A DNA stretch of 53,209 nucleotides, taken from Candidatus Fimimonas sp. GTDB taxonomy: Bacteria; Bacillota; Clostridia; Christensenellales; CAG-314. Under the pieces are notes generated by a model, which saw only the letters and a program-made list of their open reading frames with translations, had not been told where the DNA came from and did not search any database. Positions 37,337 through 47,493 of this stretch are shown here, in pieces. The stretch lies in the NCBI GenBank assembly GCA_045644945.1, contig JAZRHU010000037.1, positions 1 to 53,209 on the forward strand. Direction: 5' to 3'. A program made the position numbers and the translations under genes. Numbering within the stretch: the first letter of the stretch is position 1; each line of letters starts with the position of its first letter.

Positions 37337-38194
37337 TTAGAGTTTTTCGCCATCGTTGATGTACAAAATACCAATTGTGTTTGGGCCACAGTGTGTTGTG
37401 ATTGTGCAACCAGCGGTTGTTTCCAACACTTCGTCAAAGTAGCCCCAGGACTTTACCTTTTCGATAATGCTTTGAACAAGCGCCTCGTCCATTTGTGTGT
37501 GGGTTACAAAACAACGTTTTTTGTCGGGAGATGTGCATTGGGACTTTACCAAATCGGCATACTTGCCAACACATCTGGCAAATCTACCCAAAAATTTGTT
37601 ACCAACGCCCATTTTGCCACCTTTAACTTCGATGGTTGGTTTCAAACTCATCAAGTTTGCAGCGTAGTACACAAGGGTTGTGCAACGTCCGCCTTTGTGG
37701 AGGTACTCCAATGTGTCGATAATAAAGGATGCGCGTACTGCGTCCAAACGAGCGGATACCTTTTCTACAATTTGTTGAGCATCAAGGCCTTCGCTTGCCA
37801 AATCGCAAGCATACAACACAAGAAGGCCTGTGCCGGTAGACAAGTTGCGACTGTCTACAACATAGACATTTTGCAAGTTTTGCGCTGCTGTTAGTGCGTT
37901 GTTGTGAGAAGCGGACATTTCGGAAGAAATGTTGAAGTGAATTACAGCATCATAGCCTTCGTCCAATTGCTTTTTGAAAAATTCCTCGTACTCTACTGCG
38001 GAACAAGCACCACTCTTAGGCAATTGCTTGTTTGTAGCGTAAAAGTTGTAGATATCCTCGGGAACGATTGTTACACCATCGTGGAAGTCGTCCGCGCCCA
38101 AAGATACGTGCAATGGGCTAATTGCCACGTTGTACTGTTCAACCAATTGTTTTGACAAATCGCAAGTGCTATCTGCTGTGATTTTGATTTTCAT
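37337..38194 (-). CDS. DegV/FakB fatty-acid-binding protein
   Basis: ITADSTCDL, ISSEMS.S, VDSRNLS.G, LEYLHKGGR, THCGP. Confidence 0.93.
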   Translation of the reverse strand: MKIKITADSTCDLSKQLVEQYNVAISPLHVSLGADDFHDGVTIVPEDIYNFYATNKQLPKSGACSAVEYEEFFKKQLDEGYDAVIHFNISSEMSASHNNALTAAQNLQNVYVVDSRNLSTGTGLLVLYACDLASEGLDAQQIVEKVSARLDAVRASFIIDTLEYLHKGGRCTTLVYYAANLMSLKPTIEVKGGKMGVGNKFLGRFARCVGKYADLVKSQCTSPDKKRCFVTHTQMDEALVQSIIEKVKSWGYFDEVLETTAGCTITTHCGPNTIGILYINDGEKL

Positions 38195-38225
38195 AATTGT
38201 TCTCCATTGTGTAAAATACTAAAAT

Positions 38226-38798
38226 TTATTCTGAAATGATGATATCTGATTTATTTTTACATTTATCGCAACCTTGGCAATTGGTTTGGCCACAATTGAC
38301 AAGTCTGCCAACGCCCACAACTGTGCAATTTGCGGGAACATCCTTTAGCACCACCGAGTTAGCACCAACTTTGACGTTGTCGCCAAGGGTGATGTTGCCA
38401 AGCACCTTTGAACCTGCACCAATAATGACATTGTTGCCAAGTGTTGGGTGACGTTTGTTGTGTTCCTTGCCTGTTCCACCAAGAGTTGCACCTTGATAGA
38501 TGGTACAGTTATCGCCGATGATGGCCGTTTCGCCAATCACAACGCCATGCCCATGGTCGATAAACAAGTTGCGACCAATTTTTGCTCCGGGATGGATTTC
38601 GATACCGGTAAAAAATCTTGTTGTGTAGCAAATGAGTTTTGCAGTAAAACGGAACCTGATTTTGTAGAAAAATCTAGCAATCCGATACCAAAACATTGCG
38701 TGCACACCAGGGTACAAAAGCAATACTTGCAAACCACTTCCCGCTGCGGGATCGCGTTGCTTGATTGATTTGATAAAACCAACTTTTTTCTCTTTCAT
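38226..38798 (-). CDS. cysE: Serine O-acetyltransferase
   Basis: [56 protein letters not shown]. Confidence 0.9.
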   Translation of the reverse strand: MKEKKVGFIKSIKQRDPAAGSGLQVLLLYPGVHAMFWYRIARFFYKIRFRFTAKLICYTTRFFTGIEIHPGAKIGRNLFIDHGHGVVIGETAIIGDNCTIYQGATLGGTGKEHNKRHPTLGNNVIIGAGSKVLGNITLGDNVKVGANSVVLKDVPANCTVVGVGRLVNCGQTNCQGCDKCKNKSDIIISE

Positions 38799-38915
38799 GT
38801 CTAAATAATACTACTGTTAAAAATTATAGCCCAAAAGCAAAATTTTGTCTAGCAAATTTCGCTTTTAGTATATATTTGAGCCAAAATGGCGCAATTTTGC
38901 AGTAAAATACCGCCG

Positions 38916-39575
38916 TTATTGCACATCAACCTTGTTTACACTACCCAAAATTTGCACTTTGTCGCCATCTACGATAAGTCCACCTTCGTGCCACATTTGG
39001 TAGATTGGTAGTTGCAAATCGACAATTGCACGCTTTGTGCACTCGTTTTGCAAGTCGGTTGCAAGGTAGTGAACTTCCAAATCCAAGCCTTTTACAAGGC
39101 CAAGACCTTGCCAAAGCCCGTAAGCTTCGTAGTCGTCGTCGGGGGTGATGTGGTATCTTTCCAGTTGCAACATTGCACCAGCTGATGCGCCCATAACTGT
39201 GCCGTTGAAGTTTGTGACAGCGTCCGTTATGCCTAGTTTTTCCATCCAAGCGATGGCTTTTTCCGGCATGCCACCGGTAAAGAATAGCACGTCGGCATTT
39301 TCAATCATCGCAAGGTGGTTTTGAGTGGTATCAAAGCAGTTGAGCCAAGCAATTTCTGTTTCCTTTAGGCCAAAAGCAAGGAATGGGCGAAGGATATTTT
39401 GGTATTTTTCGCCATTTTTGCCGTAGATTGATTGCCAACTTTCGTTGTCCCAAGCTTGAATTTCGCGGAAGGCAAGTGGCAAAATTAGCACTTTTTTGCC
39501 AGTGATATATGGGGAAACGTGATCTTTGGCCCAGTCGCCATCAAAGTTGTAGTAGTTGAGTAAGATGTTTGCCAT
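38916..39575 (-). CDS. Peptidase S51 / class I glutamine amidotransferase-like protein
   Basis: FFTGG.P, GASAGA nucleophile elbow, GLGL..LEVHY; start overlaps pdp stop (TAATG). Confidence 0.8.
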   Translation of the reverse strand: MANILLNYYNFDGDWAKDHVSPYITGKKVLILPLAFREIQAWDNESWQSIYGKNGEKYQNILRPFLAFGLKETEIAWLNCFDTTQNHLAMIENADVLFFTGGMPEKAIAWMEKLGITDAVTNFNGTVMGASAGAMLQLERYHITPDDDYEAYGLWQGLGLVKGLDLEVHYLATDLQNECTKRAIVDLQLPIYQMWHEGGLIVDGDKVQILGSVNKVDVQ

Positions 39576-40891
39576 TAGTACAACTCCACACCATTTTTAT
39601 CCACAAATGCGTAGGCAATTTTATGTTCGGAAGCTGGCTCTGTGCCAATTTCGATAGCATTTTGAATGAGGGATTTTGCATCATCCAAGCCTTTGCCATT
39701 GTTGTGGTAAACTTCGCACAAAACATCGCCCTTGTTGACTTTGCTACCGATGGCAACCTTCATGATTACGCCAACGGAAAAGTCGATGTTGTCGCTCTTT
39801 TTCATACGGCCACCGCCAAGGTGTGTTACTGCACGACCAATGTCTGCGGCAATCATGTGGCAAACATAGCCATCTTGTTGTGCCAAAACAACGTCTTTGG
39901 TGCCAATTTGGAACTTTTCGGGGTGCAAAATGTAGCTACCATCGCCATGTTGAGCGTAGGCCATTTCCGCAAACTTTTGCAAAGCTTTGCCACTGTCGAT
40001 TGCATCTTGGAAGGCAACTTCTGCCGAAGCCATATCGTACTTGCCTGTGAGGCAAAGTAGGCGCAAAGCAACTTCCCTAAGCTCGAAGTACAAACGATTT
40101 TGTTTGCCCTTCAAAACATCGATGATACCCAAAATTTCCAAAGTGTTGCCAACGTGATCGGACAATGGTTGTTCCATATCGGTGATCAAAGCGCCAATTT
40201 GCTTGCCTGCACGCGTGCCGATGGTTACCATCTTTTGTGCAAGCTCCAACGCGAGCTCGGCAGTTGGCATAAATGCGCCACTACCGTACTTTACGTCCAA
40301 CAGGATTGTGTCCGCACCGGAAGCCAATTTTTTGGACATGATGCTTCCGCAGATCAAAGGCAGGGAGTTTACTGTGCCAGTAACGTCACGAAGAGCGTAC
40401 ATTTTTTTGTCCGCAGGGGCAAGGTTTGCTGTTTGGCCAATTACTGCGCAACCAACCTTTTTTACAACGGAAAAGAATTCCTCCTCCGTAAGTGATGTAT
40501 CGAAGTTGGGGATACTTTCCAACTTGTCGATTGTACCACCTGTAAAGCCAAGTCCACGACCACTCATTTTGGCAACGTACACACCACAACAAGCAAGGAT
40601 TGGAGCAAGCGCCAAGGTTGTGCTATCGCCAATGCCACCTGTGGAGTGTTTGTCAACAACAATACCGCCAAGGTGGGACATATCCACAATATCTCCGCTG
40701 TGAAGCATTGCGCTTGTTAGGTCGAATGTTTCGCGGTCGGTCATGCCGTTGAGCACAATTGCCATCAATAGCGCGGACGCTTGATAGTCGGCAATTTCCC
40801 CCTTGGTAAAGCCTTCTACAAAATAGTTGATTTCCTCAGTGGAAAGTTCACGCTTATTTTTTTTGTTTTCGATAATGTCCAAAATAGTCAT
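39575..40891 (-). CDS. pdp: Pyrimidine-nucleoside (thymidine) phosphorylase
   Basis: DKHSTGG.GD, KMSGRGLG.TGGT.DKLE, APADK..YALRD, SIMSKK. Confidence 0.96.
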   Translation of the reverse strand: MTILDIIENKKNKRELSTEEINYFVEGFTKGEIADYQASALLMAIVLNGMTDRETFDLTSAMLHSGDIVDMSHLGGIVVDKHSTGGIGDSTTLALAPILACCGVYVAKMSGRGLGFTGGTIDKLESIPNFDTSLTEEEFFSVVKKVGCAVIGQTANLAPADKKMYALRDVTGTVNSLPLICGSIMSKKLASGADTILLDVKYGSGAFMPTAELALELAQKMVTIGTRAGKQIGALITDMEQPLSDHVGNTLEILGIIDVLKGKQNRLYFELREVALRLLCLTGKYDMASAEVAFQDAIDSGKALQKFAEMAYAQHGDGSYILHPEKFQIGTKDVVLAQQDGYVCHMIAADIGRAVTHLGGGRMKKSDNIDFSVGVIMKVAIGSKVNKGDVLCEVYHNNGKGLDDAKSLIQNAIEIGTEPASEHKIAYAFVDKNGVELY

Positions 40892-40967
40892 GTGTGGCCC
40901 TCAACTAAAATTCATTTTGAGGCATTGTTACACAAAAATTGCAACAATACACCTTTTTCGAAAGAAT

Positions 40968-40996
40968 ATTATACCATTTTTTTGAAGAATTTTCAA
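40968..40996 (-). promoter_or_regulatory. SigA promoter of pdp
   Basis: TTGAAA-17-TATAAT with extended -10 TG. Confidence 0.75.
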
Positions 40997-41091
40997 GGCT
41001 TATGGTAAATTTTTCTAGTATATTATAGTGAATTTTGCTGAATTTTGGCTGATGTTTTACAAATTTTAGCACAAAAATGTAAACTCATGAT

Positions 41092-41121
41092 AAAAGCACC
41101 TCAACAAATTGTTGAAGTGCT
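41092..41121 (-). terminator. Intrinsic terminator after small acidic gene
   Basis: AGCACCTCAAC/GTTGAAGTGCT stem followed by TTTT on the minus strand. Confidence 0.65.
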
Positions 41122-41128
41122 AATTTTG

Positions 41129-41305
41129 TTACCAGTCTTCGCTGATGTGAATTTTGATATCTGTGTAGAACTCTTTGTACTTGTCTTTGAACTTTTCCGC
41201 ATCCGTTCTGTCGTCTGTTGCGATTGCATCTGTTAGATCCAATCCATCGTCGTCCATCATTTCCGATTGGCGCATAAGTTCGTACATTGTTGATTTTTTA
41301 GCCAT
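41129..41305 (-). CDS. Small acidic hypothetical protein (58 aa)
   Basis: AGGGG RBS; own promoter and terminator; MAKKSTMYELMRQSEMMDDDGLDL...SEDW. Confidence 0.7.
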   Translation of the reverse strand: MAKKSTMYELMRQSEMMDDDGLDLTDAIATDDRTDAEKFKDKYKEFYTDIKIHISEDW

Positions 41306-41336
41306 GGTATACCCCTGTTGATTTATGATTAGGTAC

Positions 41337-41365
41337 ATTGTACTTTTTGTTGGAGGATATGTCAA
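41337..41365 (-). promoter_or_regulatory. SigA promoter of 58-aa gene
   Basis: TTGACA-17-TACAAT. Confidence 0.8.
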
Positions 41366-41370
41366 CAAAA

Positions 41371-41937
41371 TTAGAACAAGTTGTTACTAGCAAGCAACGC
41401 GTCAACCTGTTTAAATAGGTCATCCAATGTGCCGTTGTTATCAATTTTGACGGTGTAGTTGGTGGCAATTTGTTGCTTGGAGATGATGTTGAGAACATTT
41501 TGCGCAGTAACATTGTCGCGCTTGGTTACTGCATCAATTCGCGTTTGAAGGTCGCGTTCCACAAGCCAAATTTGTTGCCAATGGAAGTCGAAGGCATCAA
41601 TTAGCGGAATTTCCACAAACACAACGCCCTTTGATTGGTCTGTTGTTTCCACAAGCACTTCTCGTATGCGATTGTGGAAAATTTGGCTGTACTTTTGGTG
41701 CAAATTTTGGTTGGCAAACACAACGTTGCGGATTTTTGCGCGGTCGAGTTGGCCATCAACAACAAAATCGTCACCCAAAAGTTGGACAACTTGTTGCAAA
41801 ACTTGTGGCTCGTTGGAAATTTGACGAGAAATTTGGTCGCAATCCACTACAACAAAGCCCTTTGTGCGCAAGTAGTTGCCTACGGCACTTTTGCCACTGC
41901 CAATGCCACCAGTTAGGGCAATTGCATTACGCTTCAT
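41371..41937 (-). CDS. coaE: Dephospho-CoA kinase
   Basis: IALTGGIGSGKS, DCD.I, LDR..IR..VF, EIPL, IDNNG; overlaps polA stop. Confidence 0.93.
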   Translation of the reverse strand: MKRNAIALTGGIGSGKSAVGNYLRTKGFVVVDCDQISRQISNEPQVLQQVVQLLGDDFVVDGQLDRAKIRNVVFANQNLHQKYSQIFHNRIREVLVETTDQSKGVVFVEIPLIDAFDFHWQQIWLVERDLQTRIDAVTKRDNVTAQNVLNIISKQQIATNYTVKIDNNGTLDDLFKQVDALLASNNLF

Positions 41938-44452
41938 ACAAGTTTGCCCCCTCTTCCGTTTCGGCAATCAATGGACAAAGTAGTTCTACTGCACTTTCCA
42001 TTTGTTGTTTGATAATTTGTTTTACTTGTTCTGCTTCGTCTGGGTAGCAATCCACAATCAGTTCGTCGTGGATTTGCAATACAATTTTGCTCTTGAGGCC
42101 AGCACTTCGCAAAGCTTCGTCCACCTTGAGCATGGCAATTTTCATGATGTCGGCAGCGCTACCTTGCAAAGGCATGTTCATTGCAGCGCGCTCGCCAAAA
42201 CTGCGCATGTTGTAGTTGGATGACTTGATTTCGGGGATTTGTCTACGACGACCTGTGATGGTTGTAACGTAGCCATCGCGACGAGCATTTTCGATGCAAC
42301 CATCGAGATAGCTTTTGATGGTTGGGTACTTTTCGAAGTACAATTTGATGTACTCGCGCGCCTTTGGAACGCTGATTTTTGCATTTTGAGAGAGGCCGTA
42401 GTCGCTGATGCCGTAGATGATACCAAAGTTAACTGCCTTTGCCATACGGCGCATGTTGGAGTTGACCATTTCCACAGGCACACCCAAAATGTCGCTTGCA
42501 ACGGCTGTGTGGATATCTTGGCCATTGCGGTAGCAGTTGAGCAACGTTTCGTCCTTGGAAAATGCTGCCAAAAGGCGGAGTTCAATTTGAGAGTAGTCGG
42601 CGCCAATAAACAGGCCATACTTGGAAACAAACAGTTTGCGAATTTCCTTACCAAACTCGGTGCGAACAGGAATGTTTTGGAGGTTTGGCTCGCTACTGGA
42701 AAGTCGTCCAGTGGACGTTAGCGTTTGATTGAACGTTGTGTGCACCTTGCCAGACTTGAGGTTTGGCTTCAATCCATCAAGATAGGTGCTGACAAGTTTG
42801 GCAATCTTGCGGTATTGCAAAATTGGCTCGATGATTGGGTGTTTGTCAGCCAAGCTCTCCAAGATTTCGTTATCGGTGGAGTAGCCACGTTGTGTTTTGC
42901 GTCCATGTGGCAAAGCAAGTTTTTCAAACAAAATGCGAGATAGTTGCATTGGACTGTTTACGTTGAAACTTTCCCCTGCAAGTTCGTGAATTTGCTTTGT
43001 GAGTTCGTCTAGTTGCAAGTGGAAATCTTTGGACATTTGCTCAAGCAAGTCCACGTCCACCTTGACACCTTCCACTTCCATGCGATACAACAGGTCAGAT
43101 AATGGCAACTCGATATCGCGATACAAGTGCTCGACACCATTTTCCGCAAGTTTTTTAGCAAGCTTGTCGGCAACGGCGTAGATACCTGCGCCAATTTGCT
43201 CGTAGCCATTTGCGCCACACAAGCTTTCCACATCCTTATAGGAACGATATTCCACAAGGTATTGCATCAAGCAAATGTCGTCCGTTACGTTGTTGATTGT
43301 TAGGCCCATTTTGTCGAGATTGTGTCTAAGAGCCTTGGCATCGTACACAATTTTTGGAGCACCGCTACCTAGCAATGGAGCGATGATTGCGCAGAAGTTT
43401 CCAAGGGACATTTCATCAAGAAAACTATCAGAAATCGCGACCACGTACTCTTTTTTTGCATTGTTTGAGAGGTAAACTTTGTCGCCAAAAATATGGAAAG
43501 CAAACTTGCTTTGGGCAAAATCTTGCACCAAAGTTTGCAGTTCCGAGCAGGTGCGAATTTCCACACTTTCCACTTGGATTGCCTCTTCCACGGCAGACTC
43601 GTCAAAGTCCAAACGGGCAAGAATACTCTTGAATTGAAGTTGCTCCATGCGTTGTTTCACTTGGGTATCGAAGGTGGGCAATGCGCAACTTTCCATGTCG
43701 TAGTCGATATCGGCAGTTGTTACAATTGTTGCAAGTTGACGGCTGATAAATGCCATCTCCTTGTCATTTACAAGCTTGTCCTTCAATGCGCCCTTTTGTT
43801 GGTCGATGTTGGCGTAGATGTTGTCGATGTCGCCATACTTTTCCAACAGTTGCATTGCAGTCTTTTCGCCAACGCCCTTTACACCGGGAATATTGTCGGA
43901 AGTATCACCACGGAGTGCTTTGTACTCGATAACTTGCTTGGGGGTGAGTTGGTAAACTTCTTGTAGATAAGCAGGGTTTACTGTTTCCACTTCCGTTACG
44001 CCACGCTTTGTCAAAAGCACTGTAACCTTGTCGGAAACAAGCTGAAGCATATCGCGGTCACCAGAGATGATGATGCTTTCGCCATCGAAATGGCTACTGA
44101 TTGTGCCAATGATGTCGTCCGCTTCTACACCAGCCTTTTTGACAACGGCAACTTTCATAAGTTGCAAAAGTTCTTCTACAACGGGCATTTGGGCGGCAAG
44201 ATCGTCCGGCATGCCTTTGCGGTTTGCCTTGTAGTCGGCATACAAGTCCTTGCGGAAGTTGTGTCCGCGCATATCAAATGCCACCACCACTTTGTCGGGG
44301 GTGTAGTCTTGAATGCACTTGAGGAAGATGTTCAAAAAGCCGTAGACAGCATTGACGTTGCGACCTTGGTTGTCGCTTAGAAATGGCAAAGCGAAAAATG
44401 CTCTGTTGAGTATGCTGTTGCCGTCGATAAGAAGAAGTTTTTGTTTGCTCAT
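41927..44452 (-). CDS. polA: DNA polymerase I
   Basis: 5'-3' exonuclease (LIDGNS, EADD, GDTSDNIPGV), TGRLSS.EPNLQNIP, ADYSQIELR, KAVNFGIIYG, QIHDEL. Confidence 0.97.
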   Translation of the reverse strand: MSKQKLLLIDGNSILNRAFFALPFLSDNQGRNVNAVYGFLNIFLKCIQDYTPDKVVVAFDMRGHNFRKDLYADYKANRKGMPDDLAAQMPVVEELLQLMKVAVVKKAGVEADDIIGTISSHFDGESIIISGDRDMLQLVSDKVTVLLTKRGVTEVETVNPAYLQEVYQLTPKQVIEYKALRGDTSDNIPGVKGVGEKTAMQLLEKYGDIDNIYANIDQQKGALKDKLVNDKEMAFISRQLATIVTTADIDYDMESCALPTFDTQVKQRMEQLQFKSILARLDFDESAVEEAIQVESVEIRTCSELQTLVQDFAQSKFAFHIFGDKVYLSNNAKKEYVVAISDSFLDEMSLGNFCAIIAPLLGSGAPKIVYDAKALRHNLDKMGLTINNVTDDICLMQYLVEYRSYKDVESLCGANGYEQIGAGIYAVADKLAKKLAENGVEHLYRDIELPLSDLLYRMEVEGVKVDVDLLEQMSKDFHLQLDELTKQIHELAGESFNVNSPMQLSRILFEKLALPHGRKTQRGYSTDNEILESLADKHPIIEPILQYRKIAKLVSTYLDGLKPNLKSGKVHTTFNQTLTSTGRLSSSEPNLQNIPVRTEFGKEIRKLFVSKYGLFIGADYSQIELRLLAAFSKDETLLNCYRNGQDIHTAVASDILGVPVEMVNSNMRRMAKAVNFGIIYGISDYGLSQNAKISVPKAREYIKLYFEKYPTIKSYLDGCIENARRDGYVTTITGRRRQIPEIKSSNYNMRSFGERAAMNMPLQGSAADIMKIAMLKVDEALRSAGLKSKIVLQIHDELIVDCYPDEAEQVKQIIKQQMESAVELLCPLIAETEEGANLYEA

Positions 44453-44664
44453 AGTTTACCTTTGTTTGAGTGGGTATATTGTTTTGTATAAATTGGAAGT
44501 GATATCTAAAAATATGATTGTAAGGTAGCAAATTGCAACAAGATTGTGTTTTGTGCACGATTTTGTTGGGTATACAAATACCACATTGCAATATTTTTTT
44601 AATTCGGGAGGGGCAACCCCTCCCCTACAATTTGATGTGTAATTTGGGCTTTACAATTGATTAG

Positions 44665-47490
44665 TTACTCTGTTTTGTGTTGTCCGCCTTGCAAAATGGG
44701 GGCAAGAAATTGGCCTGTGTAGCTACCAGGGGTTTGGGCAACCTCTTCCGGTGTGCCTTGTGCCACAATTGTACCGCCTTGGTCGCCACCTTCGGGGCCA
44801 AGGTCGATGATGTTGTCGGCAACCTTGATAACATCCAAATTGTGTTCAATTACAATAACTGTGTTGCCTGCGGCTACCAAACGTTGCAAAATTGTGATGA
44901 GTTTGGCAACGTCATGTGAGTGCAAACCTGTTGTTGGTTCGTCCAAAATGTACAAAGTTTTGCCTGTGGAGCGCTTGGAAAGCTCTGTTGCGAGCTTTAC
45001 ACGTTGCGCTTCGCCACCGGACAAGGTTGTTGCAGGTTGACCAAGCTTGATGTAACCAAGACCAACATCGTACAATGTTTGGATTTTGTTTTTGATAGAA
45101 GAGATATTTTCGAAGAAGCCAACTGCCTCTTCTACTGTCATATTCAATACGTCAGCAATGGACTTGCCCTTGTACTTGACAGCCAATGTTTCGCGGTTAT
45201 AGCGTGCACCATGGCAAACTTCGCAAGGCACGTACACATCGGGCAAAAAGTTCATAGAGATGCGCAAAATACCATCGCCACTGCAATGCTCGCAACGGCC
45301 ACCGCTAACGTTAAAGGAAAACCTGCCAGATTTGTAGCCACGCTCTTTGGCATCGGGAGTGGAAGCAAACAAATCGCGAATGGCAGTAAACACGCCTGTG
45401 TAGGTTGCAGGGTTACTGCGTGGAGTACGACCGATAGCACTTTGGTCAATTGCAATTACTTTGTCCAAAAATTCGATGCCTTCGATACTGTCGCACAATA
45501 CGTCTTGTGGGCGCGTACGATTGAGTTTTTCGGCTAGTACAGGCAAAATTACCTCGTTGACAAGGGAAGATTTGCCACTACCAGACACACCCGTTACCAC
45601 GTTTAGGCAACCCAAAGGGAAGCTAACGTCAATGTGGTTGAGGTTGTTTTTGTAAGCGCCTTTGACGGTTAGGAAGTTGCCGTTGCCCTTGCGCCTTTCG
45701 GTAGGCACAGGAATGTACAACTCGCCTGTGAGATACTTGCCTGTGATGGATTGGGGGCATTGTTTGATTTCGTCCACTGTACCAGCGCAAACAATTTCGC
45801 CACCGTGAACACCAGCACCGGGGCCAACGTCTACAACAAAATCTGCTGCGCGAATTGTATCTTCGTCGTGCTCGACAACAATAAGTGTGTTGCCAATATC
45901 TCTTAGTCTTGTGAGTGTTGCAATGAGTTTTTCGTTGTCGCGTTGGTGGAGACCAATGCTTGGCTCGTCCAAAATGTACAATACGCCTGTCAAAGCACTA
46001 CCAATTTGTGTAGCAAGGCGAATACGTTGCGCTTCGCCACCGGACAAACTGCCACTTGCGCGGTTAAGTGTTAGGTATCCAAGACCAACATCCACCAAAA
46101 ACTTGAGTCGGGAGTTGATTTCCTTTAGAACCATGTGGGCGATTTTGCCCTTTGTTTCGTCAAGTTGAAGATTTTGGAAGAACTCCAATGCCTTGACGAT
46201 GGAAAGTTCGCCAACATCCCAAATGTTAAGTCCGCCAATCTTGACAGACAAAACTTCCTTTTTGAGGCGCTTGCCATGGCAGGTGTGACAGGGTTTGTCC
46301 ACCATAAATTTTTCGTACTCGCCACGGGTCCAATCGCTTTTGCACTCGGCGTGACGGCGTGTCATCATGGGAATGAGGCCCTCCCAAGTGGCGTTGAAGG
46401 TGCGTCCATCCTTGAGATAGCACACAAGTTGCTCGCCACCGTTGCCGTACATAACTGTGTTGTATGCCGACTTGGGCAAATCTTTTACTGGTGTGTTGCC
46501 ATCGAAGTTGTACTTTAGTGAAAGCGCATCAAACATCATGCGCATCCAGCTTGCTGCGCCAAGGTTGAAGCCCAAAAGTTTTACTGCGCCACCATAAAGT
46601 GACTTGGTATCATCGGGGATGATAAGTCGTTCGTCAAACTCTTGCTTGAATCCGAGACCAAGACAATCGGGGCAGGCGCCAAATGGGCTGTTGAAGGAAA
46701 ATGCGCGCGGCTCCAATTCCTCGATGGTAAAACCGCACTCGGGGCAGGCAAATTTGGTAGAAAATGTTGTTTCCGCCTTGCCATCGTACACCACAACAAG
46801 GCCATCGGCAAGCTTAAGTGCAGTTTCCACACTGTCGGCAAGACGGCTGTTGATATCTGGCTTTACAACAATGCGGTCGACAACAACGCTGATGTTGTGC
46901 TTGTTGTTTTTTTCTAGTTTGATTTCCTCGTCCAAGGTGCGCACTTCGCCATCCACCATCACGCGGACAAAGCCTTGCTTTTTGAGTTGGTCGAAAAGTT
47001 TTTGGTGTTCGCCCTTACGTCCACGCACTACCGGTGCCAAAATTTGCAATTTGGTACCTTGTGGGTAGCTTGCTACGCGGTCACAAATTTGGTCTACTGT
47101 TGTTTGTTTGATTTCCAAACCACAATGTGGGCAGTATGGTGTGCCAACACGTGCAAAAAGTAGACGGAGATAGTCGTAGATTTCCGTTACGGTGCCAACA
47201 GTTGAGCGTGGGTTGGAAGATGTTGTTTTTTGGTCGATGGAAATTGCAGGGGAAAGTCCGTCGATACTTTCCACGTCGGGCTTGTCCATTTGGCCCAAAA
47301 ATTGGCGGGCATAGGAGGACAAACTTTCGATGTATCGGCGTTGACCTTCGGCAAATATTGTATCAAAAGCAAGGCTAGACTTGCCACTGCCAGAAAGACC
47401 TGTAAAAACTACAAGTTTTTCGCGTGGGATTGTTAAGCTGACGCTTTTGAGATTGTTTTCTTTTGCGTTTACAATTTTTATTTCTTTCAT
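44665..47490 (-). CDS. uvrA: Excinuclease ABC subunit A
   Basis: [14 protein letters not shown], Zn fingers, LSGGEAQR twice, LDEP. Confidence 0.98.
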   Translation of the reverse strand: MKEIKIVNAKENNLKSVSLTIPREKLVVFTGLSGSGKSSLAFDTIFAEGQRRYIESLSSYARQFLGQMDKPDVESIDGLSPAISIDQKTTSSNPRSTVGTVTEIYDYLRLLFARVGTPYCPHCGLEIKQTTVDQICDRVASYPQGTKLQILAPVVRGRKGEHQKLFDQLKKQGFVRVMVDGEVRTLDEEIKLEKNNKHNISVVVDRIVVKPDINSRLADSVETALKLADGLVVVYDGKAETTFSTKFACPECGFTIEELEPRAFSFNSPFGACPDCLGLGFKQEFDERLIIPDDTKSLYGGAVKLLGFNLGAASWMRMMFDALSLKYNFDGNTPVKDLPKSAYNTVMYGNGGEQLVCYLKDGRTFNATWEGLIPMMTRRHAECKSDWTRGEYEKFMVDKPCHTCHGKRLKKEVLSVKIGGLNIWDVGELSIVKALEFFQNLQLDETKGKIAHMVLKEINSRLKFLVDVGLGYLTLNRASGSLSGGEAQRIRLATQIGSALTGVLYILDEPSIGLHQRDNEKLIATLTRLRDIGNTLIVVEHDEDTIRAADFVVDVGPGAGVHGGEIVCAGTVDEIKQCPQSITGKYLTGELYIPVPTERRKGNGNFLTVKGAYKNNLNHIDVSFPLGCLNVVTGVSGSGKSSLVNEVILPVLAEKLNRTRPQDVLCDSIEGIEFLDKVIAIDQSAIGRTPRSNPATYTGVFTAIRDLFASTPDAKERGYKSGRFSFNVSGGRCEHCSGDGILRISMNFLPDVYVPCEVCHGARYNRETLAVKYKGKSIADVLNMTVEEAVGFFENISSIKNKIQTLYDVGLGYIKLGQPATTLSGGEAQRVKLATELSKRSTGKTLYILDEPTTGLHSHDVAKLITILQRLVAAGNTVIVIEHNLDVIKVADNIIDLGPEGGDQGGTIVAQGTPEEVAQTPGSYTGQFLAPILQGGQHKTE

Positions 47491-47493
47491 AAA

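Noticed and set aside
39597-39605. DnaA-box TTATCCACA
   Set aside because: Single copy inside the pdp coding sequence; no cluster or origin context.
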